In this document: piece after piece, positions 1 to 8,385 of the stretch | Layout: each line of letters starts with the position of its first letter | Numbering within the stretch: position 1 is the first letter of the stretch | Source: Thermoplasmata archaeon | GTDB taxonomy: Archaea; Thermoplasmatota; Thermoplasmata; UBA10834 | DNA length: 50,300 nt | Direction: 5' to 3' | Assembly: GCA_041304525.1 (NCBI GenBank) | Contig: JBFYNF010000106.1 | Span: forward strand, 1-50,300 | Translations under genes and position numbers: made by a program | Notes under the pieces: generated by a model | Told to the model about the DNA's origin: nothing | What the model saw: only the letters and a program-made list of their open reading frames with translations | Database searches by the model: none

Positions 1-609
1 CACGATGCCCACGGCCGCCAGGAGCGTCACGAGCATCATGACCCCCTGGAGCACGTCGGTGTATGCGTCCGCCCTCATGCCGCCGATCGCCACATACGCA
101 ACGACCACGACCGTGACGAGCACCGCCCCGAACTCGTACGATATCTCGCCGTCCGTGAGCTGTGTGAGTGCGATGCCGCCCCCGATCGCCTGTGTCGCGA
201 TGTACGGGAGCGTGAACACGACCATGACCGCGAGGAATATCATCCTCAAAGAGTCGGACCTGAACCTGTCGCCTATGAGCTCCGGAGGAGTGATGTATCC
301 GTGCTCCTTCCCCAGCCTCCAGATCTGCCGGCCCAGGAAGAAGAAGGACAGGGCCATCAGCCCTGTCCCGAAGGCCATGATGCCGTAGTACGCGAGCCCG
401 AACTTGTACGCGGCCCCTGCGAACCCGAAGAACGTGAACGCGCTGAAGTTCGTCGCCGCCATGGACAGGAACAGCACGACAGGTCCGATGCTCCTCGACG
501 CGACGAAGTAGTCTTCCGAGGTCCTCTTGGACCTCCCGTAGGCGTAAACCGCGATGGCGAGCATCGCACCGAGGTAGATGACGAAGAACGAGATGGCGAT
601 CATGTCCAT
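1..609 (-). CDS. Sodium:solute symporter (SSF family), N-terminal 203 aa; gene runs off the left window edge
   Basis: Absent from the ORF track because no stop lies in the window. The reverse complement reads MDMIAISFFVIYLGAMLAIAVYAYGRSKRTSEDYFVASRSIGPVVLFLSMAATNFSAFTFFGFAGAAYKFGLAYYGIMAF..., a typical SSF N-terminus with multiple TM helices. The ATG (609-607) overlaps the TGA of the upstream small gene by 1 nt. Confidence 0.8.
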   Translation of the reverse strand, partial: MDMIAISFFVIYLGAMLAIAVYAYGRSKRTSEDYFVASRSIGPVVLFLSMAATNFSAFTFFGFAGAAYKFGLAYYGIMAFGTGLMALSFFFLGRQIWRLGKEHGYITPPELIGDRFRSDSLRMIFLAVMVVFTLPYIATQAIGGGIALTQLTDGEISYEFGAVLVTVVVVAYVAIGGMRADAYTDVLQGVMMLVTLLAAVGIV

Positions 610-824
610 CACGCCTCACCCCCGTCGTCCGTCCAGTAGTATCTGGCGAAGAGGAGGTACAGCGCGAACAGGGCCGCCTCGAGCACGATTATGTATGTGA
701 CGATGTACGGTAGCCCGAACAGGGTCGGCCAGGACCAGTCCCATGCCCACACGTCGATCGACAGCACGAATAGCAGCGAGAACGCCGCCGCCCAGAACCA
801 CTTGTTCTTCAATACGCGAACCAT
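609..824 (-). CDS. Small 2-TM membrane protein, DUF3311-like partner of the SSF transporter
   Basis: 71 aa with two hydrophobic helices and a W/P-rich motif (WAWDWSWPTLFGLPYIVTY). It sits directly upstream of, and is translationally coupled to, the symporter, which is the usual DUF3311 context. Confidence 0.6.
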   Translation of the reverse strand: MVRVLKNKWFWAAAFSLLFVLSIDVWAWDWSWPTLFGLPYIVTYIIVLEAALFALYLLFARYYWTDDGGEA

Positions 825-1113
825 CCGATAGCCTCCGGATCATCCGCGTTTCCTGGATTGCGAGGCTGGAAACGGAGAAACAATGCCTCGGCCGGGTGAA
901 TAGACGAGGGGATTATGAACCTTTCCAGATGGAGGCTCGGAGCCCCGTCAAGACACATCCCCTTTTTCGAATACTGTAGGGATTATACTCGAATCGGATG
1001 GACTTTTATGGTGAAATGCGTTTGAGCGGCACATCTCGAACGCACAGTCCTCGGGTGATTCGATGCAAGCAAGCAAATACCACGCAAGGAATAGCGATTG
1101 GATGGGAGAGAAC

Positions 1114-2265
1114 ATGGCGAGGACAGACGATATCAAGGTCAAGTCCGTGATGACGACGTCGCCCGTGACCGTCGAGGTGGACGACACGGTCTCTGACGCG
1201 ATTGCGATGATCAGGAGGCACAGGGTGAAGGAGCTGCCCGTGCTGTCCAAGGGCGTCCCGGTCGGGCTCGTGAGCTACACATCCTTCATCGAGCGCAGGA
1301 GCGTGCCAATCAACGCCAAGGTCTCGTCCATCATGCTGCCAGTATCAAAGCTGAAGGAGGACGACAGCGTCCTGGACGCCGCCGAGCTACTGGTCGCATC
1401 CGGCATCAGGGGCGCCCCAGTCATGCGCGGGAACAGGCTCGTCGGGTTCGTGTCGCGCACCGACCTCATCAGGCTCATGCCCAGTATATCGGAGATGAGG
1501 ACCCTGACCGTCAGAGACATCATGACCTCCGAGCCGCAGTCGGTCACGCCAGACGAGTTCATCAGCAGGGCCCAGGTCGTCATGGAGGGCCTCAACGAGA
1601 AAGCCCTCCCTGTCATCGGCGACGGCGGCAAGTTGGTCGGGGTCGTGGGCATGACGGAGGTCATGGACGCAATCTGGTCCCCTAAGGGCGACATGCCCCC
1701 GCGGAGCCCCAAGCCTCCTCGGAAGGTCTTCGACGGCAGGACCAGGACGCAGATAACGGTCGGCGGCATCATGACAAGGAACGTCGTGAGCGTGTCCCCG
1801 GACGAGACCCTCGGACGAGTCGTCGACCTGATGCTGGACCGCGGCCTGTCCACGCTGTTCGTCACGGAGGACGAGCGGCTCGTGGGCGTGGTCGACCAGT
1901 CGGACCTCATGGCGCAGCTCCTGAGCCTGAGGCCAAGGGACCAGGTGTTCGTCCAGATATCCGGCATGACGATACACGAGCCCGATGTGTTGGACGGCCT
2001 CTACTCTCTGATAGGCAAGGCCATGAAGAGGATTGCCAAGATGGACCGGCCCAGGGTGTTCTACCTCCATGTGACGACTTACGACACAGAGGGCATGGCG
2101 AGCAAGTTCAGCCTCAGGGCCAGATTGAACACCGATGGGACGATGTACTACGTCAAGGGCGCGGGCTGGGACCTCTACAAGGCCATGTCCGACCTGCTGG
2201 AGACCCTCGAGACGAAGGTCAGGCGGGAGAAGGAGAAGCTCCTGGACAAGAGGAAGGGGCGGTGA
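1114..2265 (+). CDS. Four-CBS-domain protein with a C-terminal HPF/RaiA-like (S30AE) domain
   Basis: The ORF is 1063-2265. ATG 1114 follows a GGAGAG Shine-Dalgarno-like motif. Four CBS-type repeats are visible (VMTTSPVTV.., IMLPVSKL.., IMTSEPQSV.., IMTRNVVSV.. each followed by G[VI]VS/D..DL). The last ~105 aa align by eye to bacterial HPF. Confidence 0.75.
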   Translation: MARTDDIKVKSVMTTSPVTVEVDDTVSDAIAMIRRHRVKELPVLSKGVPVGLVSYTSFIERRSVPINAKVSSIMLPVSKLKEDDSVLDAAELLVASGIRGAPVMRGNRLVGFVSRTDLIRLMPSISEMRTLTVRDIMTSEPQSVTPDEFISRAQVVMEGLNEKALPVIGDGGKLVGVVGMTEVMDAIWSPKGDMPPRSPKPPRKVFDGRTRTQITVGGIMTRNVVSVSPDETLGRVVDLMLDRGLSTLFVTEDERLVGVVDQSDLMAQLLSLRPRDQVFVQISGMTIHEPDVLDGLYSLIGKAMKRIAKMDRPRVFYLHVTTYDTEGMASKFSLRARLNTDGTMYYVKGAGWDLYKAMSDLLETLETKVRREKEKLLDKRKGR

Positions 2266-2360
2266 CGGCCCCGAAGGCTCCGGTGGAAAGGATATCAACT
2301 CCTTGGTCCGTTCAGGAGCCATTCAGGGACGCTGAGAGTCCCGAAAGGAGGATTGGAGAA

Positions 2361-2753
2361 ATGCCCATCTCAGAGCATGTCGGAAAGGCAGATTGGAAGA
2401 CGGAGAAACACGTGCCCGTGATCGAGTGCCCGGACAAGGTGGCGCCCGACCAGGTGTTCGATGTCAATGTCATGATTGGCAAGGAGATCGCGCACCCGAA
2501 CACGACCGCTCACCACATCAGGTGGATATCGCTGTACTTCCACCCGGACGGGGAGAAGTTCAGCTACCAGGTCGCCAGGGTCGAGTTCGGCGCCCACGGC
2601 GAGGGTGCCCAGGGCGTCGACACGAGCACGATATACACGCACCACAAGGCGACCGTGTCCATGAAGACCCAGAAGCCAGGGACTCTGCACGCCGTGTCGC
2701 TGTGCAACATCCACGGGCTGTGGGAGAGCGAGAAGAAGTTGATGGTCGGCTGA
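2361..2753 (+). CDS. sor: Superoxide reductase (1Fe-SOR / neelaredoxin type)
   Basis: 130 aa. AGGAGGA lies 8 nt upstream of ATG 2361. Iron-ligand motifs are present: EKHVPVIE, HP..T..HHIRWI and CNIHGLWE. Confidence 0.85.
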   Translation: MPISEHVGKADWKTEKHVPVIECPDKVAPDQVFDVNVMIGKEIAHPNTTAHHIRWISLYFHPDGEKFSYQVARVEFGAHGEGAQGVDTSTIYTHHKATVSMKTQKPGTLHAVSLCNIHGLWESEKKLMVG

Positions 2754-3038
2754 GGCCGCAAACCCTTGCAGAGGCCTGCGCAAGAGTTCTTGCAGGACGG
2801 ATCGGTGGGCACATTGATGGTGCCCGCCGAGACCACCTCCATCCACTACTGGCAGCTGCGGATATCGTGTCCGTCGTCTGGCACGTGCTTCCGGTGAACA
2901 ACGATCATGAGTCCATTGGAATCACACTACATCCGTTGGCAAGTTTCTTAAGCGCGGATGGCATACATTCGTTCGAGACGGCGGAACGGGCGATGACCCC
3001 TCTAGGAGGACTCCGAGACCGTTCCCAAGGTCTCATAT

Positions 3039-3785
3039 TTATTCTGTTCCGAGTGGCTGGACGCCGCTCACGTTCCTCGCACCGAGGCGATGAATGACCC
3101 GTTTCATGACGATGTCGAGAGCGTATCCATTCTCATTGCGACTGATGTAGTCCCTCAGGGTGCCGGCCACCAAGTCCGCGAACTGGAGGCCTGGCACTCT
3201 CCTGCTGTCCCCGTATTCCACCTGGCATGTCGTCAGGGGCGGCATGAGGAGTCTTTCCAGGCTCCGTCCGAAGTATGATTCCACCCCGGGTTTCCAGTTC
3301 GCCCCGTCCAGGACGATGCCGAGTTCCATCTCCTGTCCGTATCGGAGCGCTGGACCGAGGAGCGAGCTGATGGCCCTGGCCCTGATAAGGTTTCCGAGGT
3401 CGGGATTCTGTCTGTCTGGTTGCATCTTTGCGCGGATGAGGCACGCCTCGCTCCGCCGGTCAATGATTGCTGTGGTGAACCCAATCCCCTGGGAGGCGAG
3501 CCGGACGTCCCTGCCAGATATCGTGTCGTCCCTGCCCGCTTCCATGAGTCCGACCCTGATCAAGTCACTGGCGTGTCTTCCCGCCCCATGTGAATACCGT
3601 ATCTCCTCCACTCGGTGTCCGACGAGCCCTCGGAGGAAGTTCTTCATGCTGAGGACCGTTGGCCGAAGAGCCTTCGGTATCCCGATAGTAGGCTTCGGAG
3701 CGCACCAGACAGCGCCCGCGAAGAACGGGGAGTCCGGATTCCCAGGTATCATGCTCTCGTCGATGAAAACGTAGAGTCTCGGCAA
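3039..3785 (-). CDS. DUF3800 family protein
   Basis: 248 aa. The N-terminal LYVFIDES motif and the C-terminal LQFADLVAG motif are the two DUF3800 hallmarks. Confidence 0.7.
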   Translation of the reverse strand: MPRLYVFIDESMIPGNPDSPFFAGAVWCAPKPTIGIPKALRPTVLSMKNFLRGLVGHRVEEIRYSHGAGRHASDLIRVGLMEAGRDDTISGRDVRLASQGIGFTTAIIDRRSEACLIRAKMQPDRQNPDLGNLIRARAISSLLGPALRYGQEMELGIVLDGANWKPGVESYFGRSLERLLMPPLTTCQVEYGDSRRVPGLQFADLVAGTLRDYISRNENGYALDIVMKRVIHRLGARNVSGVQPLGTE

Positions 3786-4028
3786 CGGTCAAAGCAGCTA
3801 GCTTGGCTGATTTAACCCTGTCCAATGCATGCAGCGTCGTCAGCATGGCAGTGGGGCTCGCGGTACCGCCCAGGCGCGTTCCAGCACGACGTGATGTTGA
3901 TATTCTGCGACCTTGTGAGCGGCGCATGGCCGGAGTCGAGTGGAACGAATCGATTGTACAGGATGTCCGAGTGACCATCACCCGACGTCTGACAGAATCT
4001 GATTCGAATGACCTCTGTCGAGCCATCA

Positions 4029-4034
4029 TTTAAA
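4029..4034 (+). promoter_or_regulatory. TATA-like box (TTTAAA) about 32 nt upstream of ATG 4066
   Basis: An AT hexamer in an otherwise GC-rich spacer. The spacing fits a leaderless or short-leader archaeal mRNA. Confidence 0.35.
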
Positions 4035-4065
4035 GTACGGCCCGAGTCGATTCCTCCGCGGAAAG

Positions 4066-5250
4066 ATGGTGCGACCAGTTCTTCCAGCAGAAGTGGAGAA
4101 GGATTTGCACGCCTGCCTCCAGTGCGGTTACTGCAATTTCGTGTGCCCGATCCAGCTCAACCCAGACAGAGGCTTCGAGTCGTACAGGGTCAGGGGCAAG
4201 ATGTACCACCTGAAGAAGTACGCTCATCCTGGCTTCATGCAACGGCTCGTGGGCAACGCCCCCGAGATATCTCCGGAGTTCGTCGAAAGGGTGTACAACT
4301 GCACGGCGTGCGGCTACTGCCAGGTCGCGTGCCATGTCGAGATCAAGTTCAACGACCGCTGGGAACAGGTCAAGGAATGGTTCGTGAAGAACGGCGTCGG
4401 ACCCTTGGACAGGCACAAGACGCTCAGGACCAGGGTCATGGCGAAGCACAATCCGTACGACGAGCCTCACGATGCCAGAGATGCATGGGTCCCGAAGACC
4501 GCCAAGAGGTCCAGGGACCCAGAGGTCCTCTACTTCACCGGGTGCACGGCGAGCTACAGGCAGCAGAAGATCGCCCAGGACGCACTCAGGGTGCTCGAGG
4601 CCGCGGGTATTGAGTACGATGTCCTGGGCAAGGACGAGTGGTGCTGCGGCTCGCCACTGATCAGGACCGGCCAGACGGACGTCGTCACGGACGAGAAGGA
4701 CGGGCTCGTGAAGCACAACCTGAACGAGATCGAGAAGCGCGGCGCGAGGAAGGTCGTCACGGCGTGCGCGGGATGTTTCATGACCCTGAGCCACAACTAC
4801 CCCATGTACACTGGCAAGCTGGACTTCGAGCTCCTTCACATGACCCAGTTCATCGACGAGCTCATCAGGGACAAGAGGCTCGAGCTGAAGAGGCCGCTCC
4901 CGAAGAAGGTCGCATACCACGACCCATGCCACATAGGCAGGCACTTCGGCATATTCGAGGAGCCGAGGCGGATACTGAACGCCTTCCCGGGGTCGCAGTA
5001 CCTTGAGCTGCCCAGGAACAGGCTCGACTCGCAGTGCTGTGGCGCTGGTGGAGGGTACAAGATACAGTTCAACGACCGCGCGGAGTACATCGCGTCGCTG
5101 AGGGTCCAGGAGGCCAAGGACACGGGCGCCGAGATGCTGGTGTCGGCGTGCCCGTTCTGTGTCACGAACCTCACCAGCGGCGCGAAGAAGGCAGGTATAG
5201 ACATGCCCGTGGCGGAGATAGTCTCGCTCGTCGCGGACAGCGTCCAGTGA
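4066..5250 (+). CDS. Fe-S oxidoreductase with two 4Fe-4S motifs and two CCG cysteine-rich domains (HdrD/GlcF/LutA-like)
   Basis: Motifs CLQCGYCNFVCP and CTACGYCQVACH, followed by FTGC...CCGSP and DPCH...CCGAGGG. Confidence 0.85.
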   Translation: MVRPVLPAEVEKDLHACLQCGYCNFVCPIQLNPDRGFESYRVRGKMYHLKKYAHPGFMQRLVGNAPEISPEFVERVYNCTACGYCQVACHVEIKFNDRWEQVKEWFVKNGVGPLDRHKTLRTRVMAKHNPYDEPHDARDAWVPKTAKRSRDPEVLYFTGCTASYRQQKIAQDALRVLEAAGIEYDVLGKDEWCCGSPLIRTGQTDVVTDEKDGLVKHNLNEIEKRGARKVVTACAGCFMTLSHNYPMYTGKLDFELLHMTQFIDELIRDKRLELKRPLPKKVAYHDPCHIGRHFGIFEEPRRILNAFPGSQYLELPRNRLDSQCCGAGGGYKIQFNDRAEYIASLRVQEAKDTGAEMLVSACPFCVTNLTSGAKKAGIDMPVAEIVSLVADSVQ

Positions 5251-5302
5251 CCGTCCCTGGAAGCCTTTTAATCGTGGCTAGGCCATCTTCGCACCGTTCG
5301 AG

Positions 5303-6346
5303 ATGCGTTCCCTCCCGCTGTTCAGGTTCAACAGGCGTGCGTGGTCCACTAGCTGGGGGATCGCCCTGTGCACGATGTTCATAGTGGCCAGCTTCTCCAT
5401 CGCTGCGGGGCTCAGGACGTCCATGGACACGCTCGCGGACAACTTCACATCAGAGTACTCGCTGGTGTCCTACCCCGGTGACTCGGGCATGGACTTCTTC
5501 CAGACATCGTCGCTCGGAACCGCTGAGGACAGGAGCGCGCTCTGCGCTGTGGTAGTGGCCACCGCGGACTCGGACCATGTGGTCGTGTTCAGCGTGTCGG
5601 ATCCAGGTGGCGTGCTCGACGAGGCGTTCTCCGCGTCGGGGGACGAGGTCAAGGTGGGCGCGTCCGTCCAGCTGAGCGGGGACGTGACGCTCGTGGCAGA
5701 GACGAGCCAGGAAGTCACGGTCGTGTCCGGGTTCTCATCGTCCATGTTCCCGCCCACATGGGTCCTGGGGAGCGAGGAGCTACTGCTCGCCTTGACAGCG
5801 CAGAACCCGAGTTCATGCAACCTCGCTGTCGTCAAGGACCTCACATCGGACGAGAGGGCGGGCCTCGAGTCCGCGGGGTTCTCAGTGCAGCCCATGGTGT
5901 CCATCGTGGAGTTCCTCGACTCTGGCGTCGACGAGCTCGAGTCAGACGCCTACTGGGTCCTCGTCCCGTCGGCGTTCGTGATCGCCGTCCTGGCATACAG
6001 TTTCATAGGAGCCGAGGTCGCTGACAAGAGACACGACATCGGCATCATCAAGACCATCGGGGCCGGAAGGAGACGCGTGTTCTCGTACCTGCTGGGTGAG
6101 TCGTTCCTGATATGCGCATACGGGGGCGCTCTCGGCCTGGCCCTTGGAATCGTCATGTCGTACTCTGTCTCCATGGTCGCCTCACATATGTTCGCCTCGG
6201 TCTTCGTGATTGATGTCGAGGAGGCCCTACTCCTGACGTCCTATCTCGTTTCGGTGGCCGCGGGCGTCCTGGGAGCTGTTATACCTGCGGCCAGGATGAC
6301 GTTGTCGTCTCCCGTCCAGGACCTGAAGGAGGGGGTACCGTTCTGA
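5303..6346 (+). CDS. FtsX/MacB-type ABC permease-like membrane protein (short ectodomain)
   Basis: An N-terminal TM helix, a ~200-aa ectodomain, then a three-TM FtsX-like module (DIGIIKTIGAGRRRVFSYLLGESFLICAYGGALGLALG). Confidence 0.72.
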   Translation: MRSLPLFRFNRRAWSTSWGIALCTMFIVASFSIAAGLRTSMDTLADNFTSEYSLVSYPGDSGMDFFQTSSLGTAEDRSALCAVVVATADSDHVVVFSVSDPGGVLDEAFSASGDEVKVGASVQLSGDVTLVAETSQEVTVVSGFSSSMFPPTWVLGSEELLLALTAQNPSSCNLAVVKDLTSDERAGLESAGFSVQPMVSIVEFLDSGVDELESDAYWVLVPSAFVIAVLAYSFIGAEVADKRHDIGIIKTIGAGRRRVFSYLLGESFLICAYGGALGLALGIVMSYSVSMVASHMFASVFVIDVEEALLLTSYLVSVAAGVLGAVIPAARMTLSSPVQDLKEGVPF

Positions 6347-8385
6347 TGGTCCGTCGCAGGGTGATGGTCGTCATCGCCCTGTCCGTCATGATATTCACCG
6401 CGACGACCTCCGTGCTCGTTGGCCTGAGGGACGCCCCCGCGGCGTTCGCTGCTGGCGAGGGTTACGTCATCACGTCATCAGGCGCGCCCACCATCTTCTC
6501 GAGCAGGGTCAGCATGGACATGGCCACGGCGCTCGAGCAGATGGAGAACATCACGGGCGTGAGCCCTGAGGTGTTCGCGTTCTCGTGCTGGAGCGGTCAC
6601 TCGTTCGTAGTGAGAGGCGTCGACCTGGACAGGTTGGGATCCGTCGGCCCAGAGCTTAGGACGGATTGGTCGGCGGATCTCGAGGGCGGTCTCATAGGAT
6701 ATGCCCTCCTGGGCGAGAGGCTCGCAGACAGGCTGGGCATGGACACACCGAGCACCATACCGTTGTCCGGGAGCTACTCGGCCAAGGTCGAGCTGGTCAC
6801 TGTCGCAGGCACGTTCTCGTCGGACTCCACCCTCGACGACGAGATGCTCGTCCAGACCGATGTCGCGAGGAGGCTGACGGGCATGGGCTCGGACGATGCT
6901 TCGATCATCCGCGTGGCGACGTCGGAGCCAGCATGGCTCGAGTCCCTGCTGGCGCCGGAGGACGCGAGGTTCACAATCTATGATCTCTCCGTGTCGAAGA
7001 GCCAGATCGGGCCGGGCGAGGAGTGCATGGTCATGGCGAGCGTCAGGAACTGGGGGAGGTCCTCTGGGTCCGCGACGGTGAAGTTCTTTGATAGCCTCGT
7101 CGCGTTCGCGGAGGCGGATGTGACGCTCAACGCCTCCAGCTCGTCGTCGGTGTCCGCGTCTTACATCAGCTCGGTGATGGGGCTTCACAATATCACCGTG
7201 GGCATATCCGGCGACTTCCCGGTCACACTCAGCTCGTCGGTCGAGGTGGTGGATCCGTACCTGCTCGCGTCGTTCCCAAAGACCGTCATGCTGGGGTCAC
7301 CGTTGGTTGCGGAAGTCGTCACGTACGCCGGGGACCCCGCTCCTGGAGTTGTTGTCACTCTCTTGGACTCGGCCATGTCGTCCAACACGACTGACACGGC
7401 TGGCCGGTGTGAGCTCGAGGCGGATGAGGCCGGTGAGTTCTCCCTCATGTTCGACGCCGATGGCACTGAGTATGAGGGCATGCCCGTCCATGGCTCAGAG
7501 GCCGAGGTCGAGGTCGTCGACCCATCCTCGTTCCCGCCGGAGTTCCTGCCGTCCGTGACATCCTTCGAGCTCAGCCCATCATCCATCAAGGAAGGTGAGG
7601 CCGCGACCGCCGTCGTGACGGTCGAGAACGGGGGCTCGGTCGGAGGCGTCGCGGAGGTCGATGTGCTTGTGGATTCGTCCGTGCACTCGACGCTCCAGGT
7701 GACGCTGGGCCCGGCGGAGGGCGCGGTGGTCTCGTTGTCGCTCGAGGATGTATCGCCAGGCTCACACACGGTCCAGGTGGGCGACTTCTCGGCATCCCTC
7801 GACGTGGCGCCATGGTACGCGGACAACCCCGACCTCGTCGAGCTCGTCGTCAGGTACGGCGGCTCCAGCACACTCTCGTCCGCAGGCTCGCTCCCCATCT
7901 ACCAGGCGGCCAAGATATCAGAGGGGAACGTCGCCCTGGCGCTGTTCGCGTTGGGCGCGATAGCCGCGCTTCTCGCCGTCCTCGCTATCGTATCGGTGTT
8001 CTCGAAGGAGGTGCACGAGGGCCGCAAGAGGCTCGGGATATTGAGGGCCATCGGCGCGTCCAGGAGGCACATACGGCTGATGGTGTTCCCCCAGGCGCTC
8101 TCCGCTGCGCTCGCGGGCTCGGCTGTCGGGGTCGCCTCCGGCCTCATCATAGCGGTGGCGTTGGTACGCTCGGATGCATTCGTGGTCTTCGGCCATGTGC
8201 TCGAGTTCGGTGTGAGCGTCGGCATCGTCATCCTCACGCTCGTGGGCGCCGTCGCCATCAGCCTCGTCAGCGCCCTTGCGTCCTCGGAGCTCGCGGCTCG
8301 TGAGACGACGATATCATCCATAAAGGACCTGCCCGGGGAAGAAGGTCCACAGCCGGAAGTGTCCGAGCTCCTCGGAGAGGGCTGA
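6346..8385 (+). CDS. FtsX/MacB-type permease-like protein with a large ectodomain containing CARDB/Ig-like repeats
   Basis: The ATG overlaps the preceding TGA by 1 nt (TGATG). CARDB-like segments are visible (SQIGPGEECMVMASVRNWGRSSGSATVKFFD and IKEGEAATAVVTVENGGSVGGVAEVDVLVD). A C-terminal FtsX module is present (LGILRAIGASRRHIRLMVFPQAL...). Confidence 0.75.
   Translation: MVRRRVMVVIALSVMIFTATTSVLVGLRDAPAAFAAGEGYVITSSGAPTIFSSRVSMDMATALEQMENITGVSPEVFAFSCWSGHSFVVRGVDLDRLGSVGPELRTDWSADLEGGLIGYALLGERLADRLGMDTPSTIPLSGSYSAKVELVTVAGTFSSDSTLDDEMLVQTDVARRLTGMGSDDASIIRVATSEPAWLESLLAPEDARFTIYDLSVSKSQIGPGEECMVMASVRNWGRSSGSATVKFFDSLVAFAEADVTLNASSSSSVSASYISSVMGLHNITVGISGDFPVTLSSSVEVVDPYLLASFPKTVMLGSPLVAEVVTYAGDPAPGVVVTLLDSAMSSNTTDTAGRCELEADEAGEFSLMFDADGTEYEGMPVHGSEAEVEVVDPSSFPPEFLPSVTSFELSPSSIKEGEAATAVVTVENGGSVGGVAEVDVLVDSSVHSTLQVTLGPAEGAVVSLSLEDVSPGSHTVQVGDFSASLDVAPWYADNPDLVELVVRYGGSSTLSSAGSLPIYQAAKISEGNVALALFALGAIAALLAVLAIVSVFSKEVHEGRKRLGILRAIGASRRHIRLMVFPQALSAALAGSAVGVASGLIIAVALVRSDAFVVFGHVLEFGVSVGIVILTLVGAVAISLVSALASSELAARETTISSIKDLPGEEGPQPEVSELLGEG

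Noticed and set aside
3803-4033. 76-aa ORF (+), and the N-terminal part of the 154-aa ORF (-), in the spacer upstream of DUF3800
   Set aside because: The translations are R/S/T/A-rich and unconvincing, with no Shine-Dalgarno-like motif. The two overlap each other on opposite strands. They could be remnants of a degraded gene, but nothing supports calling a CDS.
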